From an uncultured Clostridia bacterium (lineage in GTDB: Bacteria > Bacillota > Clostridia > TANB77 > CAG-508): a stretch of 64,000 nt of DNA. Where the stretch lies: positions 979 through 64,978 of the forward strand of contig CALXBY010000005.1 of the NCBI GenBank assembly GCA_944386675.1, written 5' to 3'. The position numbers and the translations under genes are program-made. Below, piece after piece: positions 50,746 to 60,369 of the stretch (its first letter is position 1; each line of letters opens with the position of its first letter). The notes below the pieces were generated by a model, which saw nothing but the letters and a program-made list of their open reading frames with translations, was not told where the DNA came from and ran no database searches.

Positions 50746-50786
50746 GAAAACCTCTCCACGCGTTGGAGAGGTTTTCTCAGTTTTTA
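50746..50786 (+). terminator. GC-rich intrinsic terminator of the atypical gene
   Basis: GAAAACCTCTCCA-CGCGT-TGGAGAGGTTTTC followed by a T-run. Confidence 0.85.
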
Positions 50787-50853
50787 TATTTTACTTTATG
50801 TACTTAGTGAAAAATCATTAGAAAAAATTGTTATTATTGTCTTATAATCTATT

Positions 50854-52860
50854 TTACATTTTAACAACCAATTTATTAAATTTACTATTGATATAATTTT
50901 CTAATTTTGTCATAAATTCATCTGGTTTGATTTCTTTTTTTGCTACCATATCTAACCCTTTTTCCCAGCTTGCTGTTAATTTAGGATTTAACATATCTGG
51001 CATAGATTGCAGTACAATATCATAGATGTACTCTCCTTTTTGACTTGGTGTAATAATCTGGGTTTTATTATTAATTTCTATATACTTAATTTTTTCTAAT
51101 TTTTTAATAATTTCTCCTCTTGTTGCACTTGTTCCAATTCCAGCACCCTTTATTTGTTCTCTTAATTCCTCTTCTTCTATCAATTTTCCTGCATTTTCCA
51201 TAGCTAAGATAATCGAACCTGAATTATATCTGTTTGGTGGAGATGTTTCTGCTTCTTTAATTTCAAAATTTTTAATTTGAACTTCTTGTCCTTTTTTTAA
51301 TTTTTTTAGAATTTCTAAATCTGTTTGCTTGTTTTCACTATTTTGTTCTTGGCTCTCTTTGTTTTCCACATCTTGCTCACCATTTGTGGATTTTTTCTTT
51401 TTATTTTCTTGTTTATCCATTGGTTTTAAAATTTCTAAAAATCCTTGATTCACACATACTCTTCCACTTGTGGTAAATGTTTCTTTTTTCTCATTTTCCA
51501 TCTCTACTTCTATTGTTAATTGAATTTTATTATATTCTGCTGGTGGATAAAAAATTGCTAAGAAACGTTTTACAATCACAAGATAAATATCTTTTTGTAA
51601 TTGTGGTAAACCATTAAAATTTTCATATCCTTGTCCAGTTGGAATAATCGCATAGTGGTCTGTGATTTTACTATCATTAACATATTTTGTTTTTGCTAAG
51701 TTTGTAGAATATTTTTCTTCTACCATTTTTTTTATATAGCTTTGTATTTCTTCATCTTTACATCCTTTTGCAATTCCATTTAGATTTTTGTTAATTTCCT
51801 TACTAACTGCTGTTGATAATACTCTCGCATCTGTTCTAGGATAGGTAACCAATTTTTTTTCATACAAATTTTGAATAATTTCCAATGTTTCATCAGGCTT
51901 TATTTTAAATCGTTTCGTACATTCATTTTGAATTTCTGCTAAATTGAATAATAATGGTGCATTTTCTTTTTGTTTTGATTTTTTTAGTTCTGTTATAACC
52001 GCTTTTTTATTACTTAAACTTAAAATAAATTCTTTCGCATCTTTTTCCTTTTTAAATCCTGTTTCATTATATAATTTAGGTGATTCCCATACAATAGATT
52101 CTTCAGTTGCCTTCCAATCTGCCTTAAAAGAAGAAACTTCTTCTCCAAATTCTCCTATAATTTTATAGTATTTCGTCTTTACAAAGTTTCTGATTTCTCT
52201 TTCACGAGATACAACCATTCCTAATACACAAGTCATAACCCTTCCTACTGAAATAGATGCTTTATCTTCATGTATACTTTGTGCTAATCTTCTTCCAAAT
52301 ATGATAGATAGTAATCTTGAAAAATTAATACCAATTAAATAATCTTCTTTGGCTCTTAAATAAGCACTGTCTGATAAACTATCATATTCTGACATATCTT
52401 TTGCTTCGCGAATTCCTCTTAAAATTTCTTCTTCTGTTTGTGAATCTATCCAAACCCTTTTCATCTTTGCTTTAGGATTTGGCTTTGCCATCATAAACAC
52501 AAGTCTTTGAATATATTCTCCTTCTCTTCCAGAGTCTCCTGCATTATATATTTCTTCTATATCTTCTCTTTGCAATAATTGTTGTACAATGTTAAATTGA
52601 TTTTGCACTTGTGGTATAATTTCATATTTCCATTCTTCTGGAATAAATGGCAAGGTATCTAGTCTCCAAAATTTTAGTTTTTCATCATATTTTTCTGGAT
52701 AACTCATGGTTACTAAATGTCCTACACACCATGTAATAATCCAATCATTTGATTCTAAATATCCATTTTTCCTATTTGTTGTTATTTTTAATGCCTTTGC
52801 AAATTCCATTGCCACAGACGGCTTTTCTGTTATGATTAATTTTTTGCTCAATTCTATCAT
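50854..52860 (-). CDS. topB: DNA topoisomerase III
   Basis: 668 aa. Toprim N-terminus (LIITEKPSVA), DSGREGE, and the type IA core YPRTDARVLS with the active-site Tyr region. Confidence 0.9.
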   Translation of the reverse strand: MIELSKKLIITEKPSVAMEFAKALKITTNRKNGYLESNDWIITWCVGHLVTMSYPEKYDEKLKFWRLDTLPFIPEEWKYEIIPQVQNQFNIVQQLLQREDIEEIYNAGDSGREGEYIQRLVFMMAKPNPKAKMKRVWIDSQTEEEILRGIREAKDMSEYDSLSDSAYLRAKEDYLIGINFSRLLSIIFGRRLAQSIHEDKASISVGRVMTCVLGMVVSREREIRNFVKTKYYKIIGEFGEEVSSFKADWKATEESIVWESPKLYNETGFKKEKDAKEFILSLSNKKAVITELKKSKQKENAPLLFNLAEIQNECTKRFKIKPDETLEIIQNLYEKKLVTYPRTDARVLSTAVSKEINKNLNGIAKGCKDEEIQSYIKKMVEEKYSTNLAKTKYVNDSKITDHYAIIPTGQGYENFNGLPQLQKDIYLVIVKRFLAIFYPPAEYNKIQLTIEVEMENEKKETFTTSGRVCVNQGFLEILKPMDKQENKKKKSTNGEQDVENKESQEQNSENKQTDLEILKKLKKGQEVQIKNFEIKEAETSPPNRYNSGSIILAMENAGKLIEEEELREQIKGAGIGTSATRGEIIKKLEKIKYIEINNKTQIITPSQKGEYIYDIVLQSMPDMLNPKLTASWEKGLDMVAKKEIKPDEFMTKLENYINSKFNKLVVKM

Positions 52861-53660
52861 CCTTTTATTTTTTCTTCTATATATTGATTTAAAAATGTTT
52901 GTATTTCTTTCATTTTATTTCTAGTATGTATATTTTCAAAGTAAAATCTTTCAAATATTTTATTAATATAGTTTTCACTATTAATAATTTCAAAAGATGC
53001 TTTGTAATTAATATCAAATAAAAATGCTAACATTACGATTACTTCTATAAGTTTACCTCTTTTTCTGAAGTCATTTCTATTTATTGTTCTTTTTTCATAA
53101 ATTTTAGCTATAATTTCATCACTAATAATTGATTGATTAATCTCTTCTAATTCTTCTTTATTATAAAAAATTTCTGATGCTTCATAAAAAATATCTATCT
53201 TATCAGCATCTCTTATGATTTTACAAAACATTTCTTGTTTTGTATTTAGCTCATCTTCTATTTGGTATTTGTTGTGATTTTTTATTGCTAAACAAACTGT
53301 ATCTATATATTCTTCATCATCTATATATGTTTTTATATAATCATCTTTCTTTAAAATTTCTACTCCTAAATATCCATGGTCAATACTTTCTCTATCTCTA
53401 AAAGTACCATATTTAGTAAATTGTTCAAATCTTCCTATATCATGTAATAAACCAATTAAAGTTGCTATTTGTTGCTCTTTTTCATCTAAATCTATTTTTT
53501 TAGCAATCCTATTAGATATTTCTTCAACTCTTAAAGAATGTAACTGTTTTCCCTTCATTCTCTTATTTTCTAGGTCAAATCTTTTTGTATATTCTATAAA
53601 GTTATTCTCTGCTTCTTCTATATTAATCATTTTTTCGCACCTCTTTTGAAATTCTAACAT
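52857..53660 (-). CDS. HD-domain phosphohydrolase
   Basis: 267 aa. HSLRV...LIGLLHDIGRF...RDADKID are the HD motifs. Its stop overlaps the topB start (ATGA). Confidence 0.82.
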   Translation of the reverse strand: MLEFQKRCEKMINIEEAENNFIEYTKRFDLENKRMKGKQLHSLRVEEISNRIAKKIDLDEKEQQIATLIGLLHDIGRFEQFTKYGTFRDRESIDHGYLGVEILKKDDYIKTYIDDEEYIDTVCLAIKNHNKYQIEDELNTKQEMFCKIIRDADKIDIFYEASEIFYNKEELEEINQSIISDEIIAKIYEKRTINRNDFRKRGKLIEVIVMLAFLFDINYKASFEIINSENYINKIFERFYFENIHTRNKMKEIQTFLNQYIEEKIKG

Positions 53661-53706
53661 TTTTAAATTTTCTTTTCAAGTATTTCGAAATATATTTAAA
53701 ATTTCC

Positions 53707-53735
53707 TTGATTTACTGCGGTTTTTATTATATAAT
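53707..53735 (+). promoter_or_regulatory. sigma-A promoter for leuS
   Basis: TTGATT (53707-53712), 17-nt spacer, TATAAT (53730-53735), 35 nt before the ATG. Confidence 0.6.
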
Positions 53736-53770
53736 ACAAAAAATATTGTAGAAGAAAGAAGGACAATTCT

Positions 53771-56194
53771 ATGGGATATAACTTTAAAGAAATTGAAAAA
53801 AAATGGCAAGATAAATGGTACCAAGAAGGTACTTTTAATGCTAAAAATGATTTTACGATGAAAAAATGGTTTGGCTTAATCGAATTTCCATATCCATCAG
53901 GACAAGGGTTACATGTTGGACATCCAAGAAGTTATACAGCACTTGATATTATTGCAAGAAAAAGAAGAATGCAAGGATATAATGTGTTGTTCCCAATCGG
54001 ATTTGATGCTTTTGGATTGCCAGCTGAAAACTATGCTATTAAAAATCATATTCATCCAAAAATTACAACTGAAAAAAATATTAATCATTTTAGGGAACAA
54101 TTAAAATCTATTGGATTTTCTTTTGATTGGTCAAGAGAAATTAATACTACTGACCCAGAATATTATAAATGGACACAATGGATTTTTATCCAATTATATA
54201 AACATGGATTAGCTTATAAAGCTACAATGCCAATTAATTTCTGTACAGGATGTAAAGTAGGACTTGCTAATGAAGAAGTTGTTAACGGTGTTTGTGAAAG
54301 ATGTGGTAGTCCAGTTGTCCAAAAAGAAAAAAGTCAATGGATGTTACGAATTACAAAATATGCTCAAAGATTAATTGATGATTTAGACGATGTTGATTTC
54401 TTAGATAAAATTAAAGCACAACAAAAAAATTGGATTGGTCGTTCTGAGGGAGCAGAAGTTACTTTTAAGATTGCAGATTCTGATGAAACTTTAACAGTTT
54501 ATACAACAAGACCAGATACTTTATTTGGTGCTACATATATGGTAGTTGCTCCAGAACACCATATAATTGAAAAATTATCAGATAAAATCACAAATATGGA
54601 TGAAATTGAAGAATATAAACATCAAGCTTCTTTAAAATCTGATTTTGAAAGATCAGAATTAAATAAAGAAAAAACTGGATGTGAAATTAAAGGAATTAAA
54701 GCAATTAATCCACTAACAAACAAAGAAATTCCTATATGGATTTCTGACTATGTTTTAATTACTTATGGTACAGGTAGCATTATGGCTGTTCCTGGTCATG
54801 ATACCCGTGACCACGAATTTGCAAAAAAATTCAATTTACCAATCGTACAAGTCATTAAACCTGCTGATGAAACAATCAAATGTGATGTTGATAAAGAAGC
54901 ATTTACAGATGTTGAAACTGGTGTACTAATTAATTCTGGATTTTTAAATGATTTATCAGTTGTAGAAGCTAAGAAAAAAGTAATTAATTATTTAGAAGAT
55001 AATCATATTGGTAAAAAACAAGTGAATTATAAATTACGTGATTGGGTATTTTCTAGACAACGTTATTGGGGTGAACCAATTCCTATGGTTTATTGTGAAA
55101 AGTGTGGTTGGGTACCTATTCCAGAAGAAGAGTTACCTTTAAAATTACCTGAAGTCGAAGATTATGAACCAAGCGAAAATGGAGAATCTCCTCTTGCAAG
55201 ACACGAAGAATGGGTAAATACAATCTGTCCTCATTGTGGTGGAAAGGCAAGAAGAGAAACAGATACAATGCCTCAATGGGCTGGTTCTTCTTGGTATTAC
55301 TTAAGATATATGGATGCTCATAATGATAAAGCATTAGCTTCAAAAGAAGCTTTAGAATATTGGTCACCTGTTGATTGGTATAATGGCGGTATGGAACATA
55401 CAACACTTCACTTATTATACTCAAGATTTTGGCATAAATTCTTATATGATATTGGTGTTGTTCCAACGAAAGAACCATATCAAAAACGTACTTCTCATGG
55501 AATGATTTTAGGAAGTAATGGCGAAAAAATGTCTAAATCAAAAGGTAATGTTGTTAATCCAGATGATATTGTTAGCGAATTTGGTGCCGATAGCTTTAGA
55601 GTCTACGAAATGTTTATGGGACCTTTTGATCAAACAGCACCATGGTCTATGGAAAGTATTAGAGGTTGTTCAAAATTCCTAGATAGAGTTTGGAATCTTC
55701 AAAGTTTACTAGTAGATGGTGAAGAATATTCTCCAAAATTTGAAAAGGCAATGCATAGAGCTATTAAAAAAGTATCTTCTGACATTGAAGAAATGAAATT
55801 TAATACAGCTGTTTCAACCTTTATGACTTTAGTAAACGATTTTTATAAAGAGAAATCAATCAATAAAGCAGAATTCAAAACATTTTTACAATTACTAAAT
55901 CCTTTTGCACCACATATGACAGAAGAACTTTGGCAAACAGTATTAGGTGGCACAGAAATGTTAGCATATATGAAATGGCCTACATATGATGAGGCAAAAA
56001 CAATTGCTGACGAAATCACTTTACCTATCCAATTTAATGGTAAATTAAAAGCAACAATAACTATTTCTTTAGATGAAGATGAAGAAAGTGTTAAAGAAAA
56101 AGTACATCAAGCTGTTGAAGATAAGTTGGAAAATAAAATGATTGTGAAAGAAATTTATGTTAAGAATAAAATTTATAATATAGTTGTAAAATAA
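53771..56194 (+). CDS. leuS: leucine--tRNA ligase
   Basis: 807 aa. [17 protein letters not shown] (HIGH), KMSKSKGN (KMSKS), and a CP1 editing domain. Confidence 0.97.
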   Translation: MGYNFKEIEKKWQDKWYQEGTFNAKNDFTMKKWFGLIEFPYPSGQGLHVGHPRSYTALDIIARKRRMQGYNVLFPIGFDAFGLPAENYAIKNHIHPKITTEKNINHFREQLKSIGFSFDWSREINTTDPEYYKWTQWIFIQLYKHGLAYKATMPINFCTGCKVGLANEEVVNGVCERCGSPVVQKEKSQWMLRITKYAQRLIDDLDDVDFLDKIKAQQKNWIGRSEGAEVTFKIADSDETLTVYTTRPDTLFGATYMVVAPEHHIIEKLSDKITNMDEIEEYKHQASLKSDFERSELNKEKTGCEIKGIKAINPLTNKEIPIWISDYVLITYGTGSIMAVPGHDTRDHEFAKKFNLPIVQVIKPADETIKCDVDKEAFTDVETGVLINSGFLNDLSVVEAKKKVINYLEDNHIGKKQVNYKLRDWVFSRQRYWGEPIPMVYCEKCGWVPIPEEELPLKLPEVEDYEPSENGESPLARHEEWVNTICPHCGGKARRETDTMPQWAGSSWYYLRYMDAHNDKALASKEALEYWSPVDWYNGGMEHTTLHLLYSRFWHKFLYDIGVVPTKEPYQKRTSHGMILGSNGEKMSKSKGNVVNPDDIVSEFGADSFRVYEMFMGPFDQTAPWSMESIRGCSKFLDRVWNLQSLLVDGEEYSPKFEKAMHRAIKKVSSDIEEMKFNTAVSTFMTLVNDFYKEKSINKAEFKTFLQLLNPFAPHMTEELWQTVLGGTEMLAYMKWPTYDEAKTIADEITLPIQFNGKLKATITISLDEDEESVKEKVHQAVEDKLENKMIVKEIYVKNKIYNIVVK

Positions 56195-56208
56195 ATAATT
56201 AATTTCAT

Positions 56209-56250
56209 AAAAGCCTATTAGTTATAAAAGCTTACTAGTAGGCTTTTATA
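56209..56250. terminator. bidirectional hairpin between convergent leuS and the repeat-protein gene
   Basis: AAAAGCCTATTAG (56209-56221) pairs with CTAGTAGGCTTTT (56235-56247) with one mismatch. It overlaps the stop of the minus-strand gene. Confidence 0.7.
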
Positions 56251-56860
56251 TATTTTTAATTTTTGAATTTAAAATATAGATTTGATTATCATGTTTTTCT
56301 AGCATGTTTTCACATTTCTTAATTCTTTCATTTTGTTCTTCTATTTTTTCTGTATTTACCTTAAATGCATCAAATAAAGCAACCAATTTTTCTCCATGCT
56401 CTATTTCTATTCTTGCTACAGAACCACTAATATTTCGTAATTCTTGTTTTATTTCTGGTATATCTTTTAGCTGTTCTTTGATGTCTTTAATTTCATTTTG
56501 CATTTTGGGTATTTCTTCTAATTTTGTATTAATTTGTAATATTTCATCTTTAATAGTTGAAATTTCTTTTTCCATTCCAGCTATTTTCTTTACTTCTTTT
56601 TCTATCTCTGGTATCTTATGTACTTGATTCTCTATCTCTGGTATTTTCTGTACTTGCTTCTCTATTTCTGGTATTTTCTGTACTTGCTTCTCTATCTCTG
56701 GTATTTTTTGTACTTGCTTCTCTATCTCTGGTATTTTCTGTACTTGCTTTTTCATTTCTAATATTTCTTGCTTTATTTGAGGTAGTTCCTTAACTTGTTC
56801 CTTTGTTTCTTTTACTTCTTCATATATCTTCAGTAAAATATTTTCATTTATACTATTCAT
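56246..56860 (-). CDS. coiled-coil protein with 10-aa tandem repeats (EKQVQKIPEI)n
   Basis: The start is set at MNSINEN (56860), 5 nt after GGAGGG. The track's TTG at 56914 overlaps the -35 of a consensus promoter. The protein is rich in heptad-like K/E/I/Q. Confidence 0.75.
   Translation of the reverse strand: MNSINENILLKIYEEVKETKEQVKELPQIKQEILEMKKQVQKIPEIEKQVQKIPEIEKQVQKIPEIEKQVQKIPEIENQVHKIPEIEKEVKKIAGMEKEISTIKDEILQINTKLEEIPKMQNEIKDIKEQLKDIPEIKQELRNISGSVARIEIEHGEKLVALFDAFKVNTEKIEEQNERIKKCENMLEKHDNQIYILNSKIKNI
56601..56750 (-). repeat. 5 tandem copies of a 30-bp unit, in frame inside the coiled-coil gene
   Basis: The unit TCTATCTCTGGTATTTTCTGTACTTGCTTC repeats at 56601, 56631, 56661, 56691 and 56721 with 0-4 substitutions each. 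Degenerate copies flank the array. Confidence 0.92.
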
Positions 56861-56885
56861 TCTTTCCCTCCTTTCTTTTTTTGCT

Positions 56886-56914
56886 ATTATATATTCTAAA
56901 AAGTTGTATGTCAA
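56886..56914 (-). promoter_or_regulatory. consensus sigma-A promoter for the repeat-protein gene
   Basis: On the minus strand: TTGACA (56914-56909), 17-nt spacer, TATAAT (56891-56886). Confidence 0.65.
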
Positions 56915-57039
56915 TAAAAACTTTTCGACAAAATTCTACAATTATACTAAATTCATTAATCTTGCAATTACTTTTTTAAATTTATTTTTATTACATTTAA
57001 CTTTATTTGTCATGAAACTGTAAAAAAGATTTAATCATA

Positions 57040-57068
57040 TTGACATATTCTTTTTACTTTCTTATAGT
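57040..57068 (+). promoter_or_regulatory. sigma-A promoter for the HExxH gene
   Basis: TTGACA (57040-57045), 17-nt spacer, TATAGT (57063-57068). Confidence 0.6.
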
Positions 57069-57107
57069 ATAATATGTTTAGATAATTATATACTAAGGAG
57101 AATTAGG

Positions 57108-58211
57108 ATGAGTATAAAATCTGATTTAAAGAAGGACGGAATTGAAGTAACTCAAAAATTAGATACATTAAAAATAAATTCTATTGCCAAAAATATTGCT
57201 TCAAAACTATGTCAAACCTTTCCTTCTTATGGATTAAATGAAAATGAACTATTTATAAAATTATCCAGATTAGATATGTATAAGGCAAAAATGCCTGAAG
57301 GAATGGCAGAAGCAAATTACTATTATAAAAATACATCTATCTATTTTAATGAACATATCCCTGAAGAAGATATGGAAGAATTTGCAATTCACGAATGTAT
57401 TCATTATCTTCAAGAAGTAAAAGACAAACGAAATTATTTGTTAAAAATGGGGTTATGTGATTATACTGAATTTAAAATTTATGGATTAGGATTAAATGAA
57501 GCTGCTGTTCAATTGATGTCTTCAAAAGTAATCGGTATTCCAAAAGATTATGTGAAATATTTTGGAATCAGTTTTGAGACCACAAGCCCTTCTTATTATC
57601 CTTTGGAATGTTGTCTAGTTAACCAATTAGCTTTTATTGTCGGAGAAGATGTTTTGTTTAAAAGCACTCTAAATAGTGATGACAACTTTAAAATAAAATT
57701 TTCTGAATTAACATCACCAAAAGATTTTATGGCGATTCAAAACGCTATTGATGATATTTTATTTGCAGAAGAAGATATTATTAAATTAAATAACAAAATT
57801 GCTTTAATTGATGATAGAAACAAAAAAGTTGATGATATGGTAAAAAGGATTGATGACTTAAAAGAAAAAATTAAATTAACTTTCTTAAGAACACAAAATT
57901 TAATTATTTCAAGCTATTTTGATAAAGCATTTTTAGCAATAACTAATTTAGAAGAATTAGAAAATTATAGAAAAAAATTATATGATATAAAATCTTATTT
58001 AGGTTTTGCTGAAGGCTATACGTTTTTTAATGATTACTATGTTGAAAAAATGGCACAGTTAGAACATAAATATAATATATTAGAAAATGGTGGTATTGAA
58101 ACAGCTATCAATATAAAAACAAAAAGTGAAAATAGAATTATGACTTTATTTAAAACAATTAAAAGATTAATTTTAGGAAAATCCTCTAATACGGAAAAAA
58201 ATGATATATAA
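57108..58211 (+). CDS. hypothetical protein with HExxH...NE motif (putative gluzincin-like metallopeptidase) and C-terminal coiled coil
   Basis: 367 aa. FAIHECIHYLQE, then GLNEAAVQ 32 residues after the second His. The C-terminal half is helical and rich in K/E/L/I. Confidence 0.6.
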   Translation: MSIKSDLKKDGIEVTQKLDTLKINSIAKNIASKLCQTFPSYGLNENELFIKLSRLDMYKAKMPEGMAEANYYYKNTSIYFNEHIPEEDMEEFAIHECIHYLQEVKDKRNYLLKMGLCDYTEFKIYGLGLNEAAVQLMSSKVIGIPKDYVKYFGISFETTSPSYYPLECCLVNQLAFIVGEDVLFKSTLNSDDNFKIKFSELTSPKDFMAIQNAIDDILFAEEDIIKLNNKIALIDDRNKKVDDMVKRIDDLKEKIKLTFLRTQNLIISSYFDKAFLAITNLEELENYRKKLYDIKSYLGFAEGYTFFNDYYVEKMAQLEHKYNILENGGIETAINIKTKSENRIMTLFKTIKRLILGKSSNTEKNDI

Positions 58212-58216
58212 TTTTT

Positions 58217-58251
58217 AACGCAAGATACAATTTACTTGAATCTTGCGTTTT
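58217..58251. terminator. hairpin between convergent HExxH and GltD-like genes
   Basis: AACGCAAGA / TCTTGCGTT stem followed by T residues. Confidence 0.7.
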
Positions 58252-58259
58252 ACTATATT

Positions 58260-59513
58260 TTATATATTTTTTATGATATTTTTTGCAGCTTCTCTTCCTG
58301 ATTTTGCAGCCCATGCAACAGTTCCTTTCATTCCTGCTAAATCTCCTCCTGCATAAATCTTAGAATTAGAAGTTTTATATTCTTCATCAATTTCTATGTT
58401 TTCCCACTTATTTAAAGCTAATCCTAAATCTTTCACATAAGCTTGTGGTTTTGAACCTAATGCCATGACAATATAATCTACATCTACTTGATAATTACTA
58501 TTTTCAATATTAACAGGAGATAATCGGCTTTCTCCTTCCTTTTGAACTAATTTTGTTTTGATTAGTTCTACTTTTTCTACTTTTTTATTTCCTAAAATTT
58601 TAACAATATTATTTTGGAAAGCAAATTGAACCCCTTCATTTTTTGCATCTAAAATTTCTTTTCTTTCTGCTGGCATTTGTTCCTCTGCTCTTCTATAAAC
58701 AACTGTTACTTCTTTTGCTCCTAATTTATTGATTGTTCTTGCACAATCCATTGCTACATTTCCGCCACCTGTAACAATTACTTTTTTTCCTTTATAATCA
58801 GGATGTAGATTATATTCTAATAACTCATTTCCTCCATATACACCTTCTAACGCTTCTCCTTCTACTCCCATTTTGGAAGAAACATTTGCCCCTATACTTA
58901 AAAATATAGCATCATACTGATTTTCTAATTCTTTTAGTGTAAAATCCTTTTCAAGTTCTTGATTATATTTAACTTCTATTCCTAAATCTAGTATATCTTT
59001 TACTGTATTTTCTACAATATCTTTTGATAGTCGAAAACCTGGTATCCCAAACATTAATAATCCGCCCAAATAATCATATTTTTCATATATGGTTACTTGT
59101 ATTCCCTCTTTAGCTAAAAAAGCTGCACAAGTTAATCCCGCTGGTCCTCCTCCAATAACAGCTACTTTTGTATTTTTCTTTTCTATTTTTTCATAACAAT
59201 CTGATAAGTGATACCCTAATTCATGTGCCTTATCAAATGCATATGCTTCTAATTCTCCTATAGAAACAGATTCTCCTTTTATGCCTCTTACACAAGAACC
59301 TTGACATTGTTTTTGGTGAGGACAAATTCTTCCACAAACTCCTGGTAATACAGTTGTTTGCGATAAAATTTTATATGCTTCAAAATATTCTTCTTTTTTT
59401 AATGCCTGTATAAAATCTGGTATGTGATTATTTAATGGACATCCTTTTAAAGAACATGGTTTTACTTTACAATTTAAACAATAGTTTACTTTTTCTTCAA
59501 TTTCTTTTATCAT
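58260..59513 (-). CDS. NAD(P)H-dependent oxidoreductase of the GltD / glutamate synthase small-chain family
   Basis: 417 aa. N-terminal Cys clusters (CLNCKVKPC, CGRICPHQKQCQGSC), VAVIGGGPAGLTCA, and a second Rossmann motif VTGGGNVAMDCAR. Confidence 0.82.
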   Translation of the reverse strand: MIKEIEEKVNYCLNCKVKPCSLKGCPLNNHIPDFIQALKKEEYFEAYKILSQTTVLPGVCGRICPHQKQCQGSCVRGIKGESVSIGELEAYAFDKAHELGYHLSDCYEKIEKKNTKVAVIGGGPAGLTCAAFLAKEGIQVTIYEKYDYLGGLLMFGIPGFRLSKDIVENTVKDILDLGIEVKYNQELEKDFTLKELENQYDAIFLSIGANVSSKMGVEGEALEGVYGGNELLEYNLHPDYKGKKVIVTGGGNVAMDCARTINKLGAKEVTVVYRRAEEQMPAERKEILDAKNEGVQFAFQNNIVKILGNKKVEKVELIKTKLVQKEGESRLSPVNIENSNYQVDVDYIVMALGSKPQAYVKDLGLALNKWENIEIDEEYKTSNSKIYAGGDLAGMKGTVAWAAKSGREAAKNIIKNI

Positions 59514-59614
59514 TTTTGGACCTCTCCTCCTTATTATTGCATTAAAATATTTTACATTGTTTATATGTTTTCGTCAATAAAACTGACTAACTAGATAAGA
59601 ATTACATGTTTTTC

Positions 59615-60181
59615 TCATACAGACTTTTCATTTAACTGCATTTCTTCTACTACCTTTTGTAAGTCTTTTATAAAATCTATCTTTTTTGTTTCATCTCGTA
59701 GTAAAGCCGCTGGATGCCATGTTGGCATATATTTTATCCCTTTCTTTTCTAACCATTTTCCTCTAGAAGCTGTAATGCCATATTCTTTACCTAAAATATT
59801 TTTTAAAGCAACACTTCCTAATAAGACAATAACTTCTGGTTGCACAAGTATTACTTGATTTCTTAAATAATTTAAACAAGCTGTTGCTTCATCATCTTCT
59901 GGATTTCTATTTGATGGTGGTCTACATTTTACAACATTAGCAATATAGACCTCTTTTCTATCTATTCCTAATGCTTCAAATGCTAAGTTCATCAATTTCC
60001 CTGCCCTTCCAACAAATGGTTCTCCTAACCTATCCTCGTCTGCACCAGGACCTTCTCCTATAAACATTAATTTTGCATTTTTATTTCCCGTGCCAAATAC
60101 AATATTTTGCCTTGTCTTACATAATTTACATTTTTGACAACCTTTAATTGATTCTTCTAACTCTTCCCATGTTTTAAACAT
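59615..60181 (-). CDS. udg: uracil-DNA glycosylase, family 4
   Basis: 188 aa. CQKCKLC, MFIGEGPGADED, PFVGRAGKLMN and HPAALLR. Confidence 0.9.
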   Translation of the reverse strand: MFKTWEELEESIKGCQKCKLCKTRQNIVFGTGNKNAKLMFIGEGPGADEDRLGEPFVGRAGKLMNLAFEALGIDRKEVYIANVVKCRPPSNRNPEDDEATACLNYLRNQVILVQPEVIVLLGSVALKNILGKEYGITASRGKWLEKKGIKYMPTWHPAALLRDETKKIDFIKDLQKVVEEMQLNEKSV

Positions 60182-60369
60182 TTTTCTTACATCCTTCTTC
60201 TTATTAATTACTTCTATTTTTTATTGTATAGAAAAAATCTACTTCTATCTTAACCCTATATGGATTTTTTCGTATACAACAAGGTTAAGCTTCCTATATT
60301 CGTGAAGAACTGCATAGCAGTCTTCACATCTATGCATAGAAATCTTTGATTTCGTCATGCATGCTTTCC

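Noticed and set aside
53661-53770. A T-box leader upstream of leuS.
   Set aside because: Only about 110 bp separates the HD gene from leuS, and most of it is taken by a TTGATT-17-TATAAT promoter. I saw no T-box consensus or terminator/antiterminator pair.
56601-56750. The 30-bp repeat array as a possible CRISPR array.
   Set aside because: The repeats are directly adjacent with no spacers. They are in frame within a promoter- and RBS-equipped ORF and encode a sensible 10-aa coiled-coil repeat. No cas genes are present.
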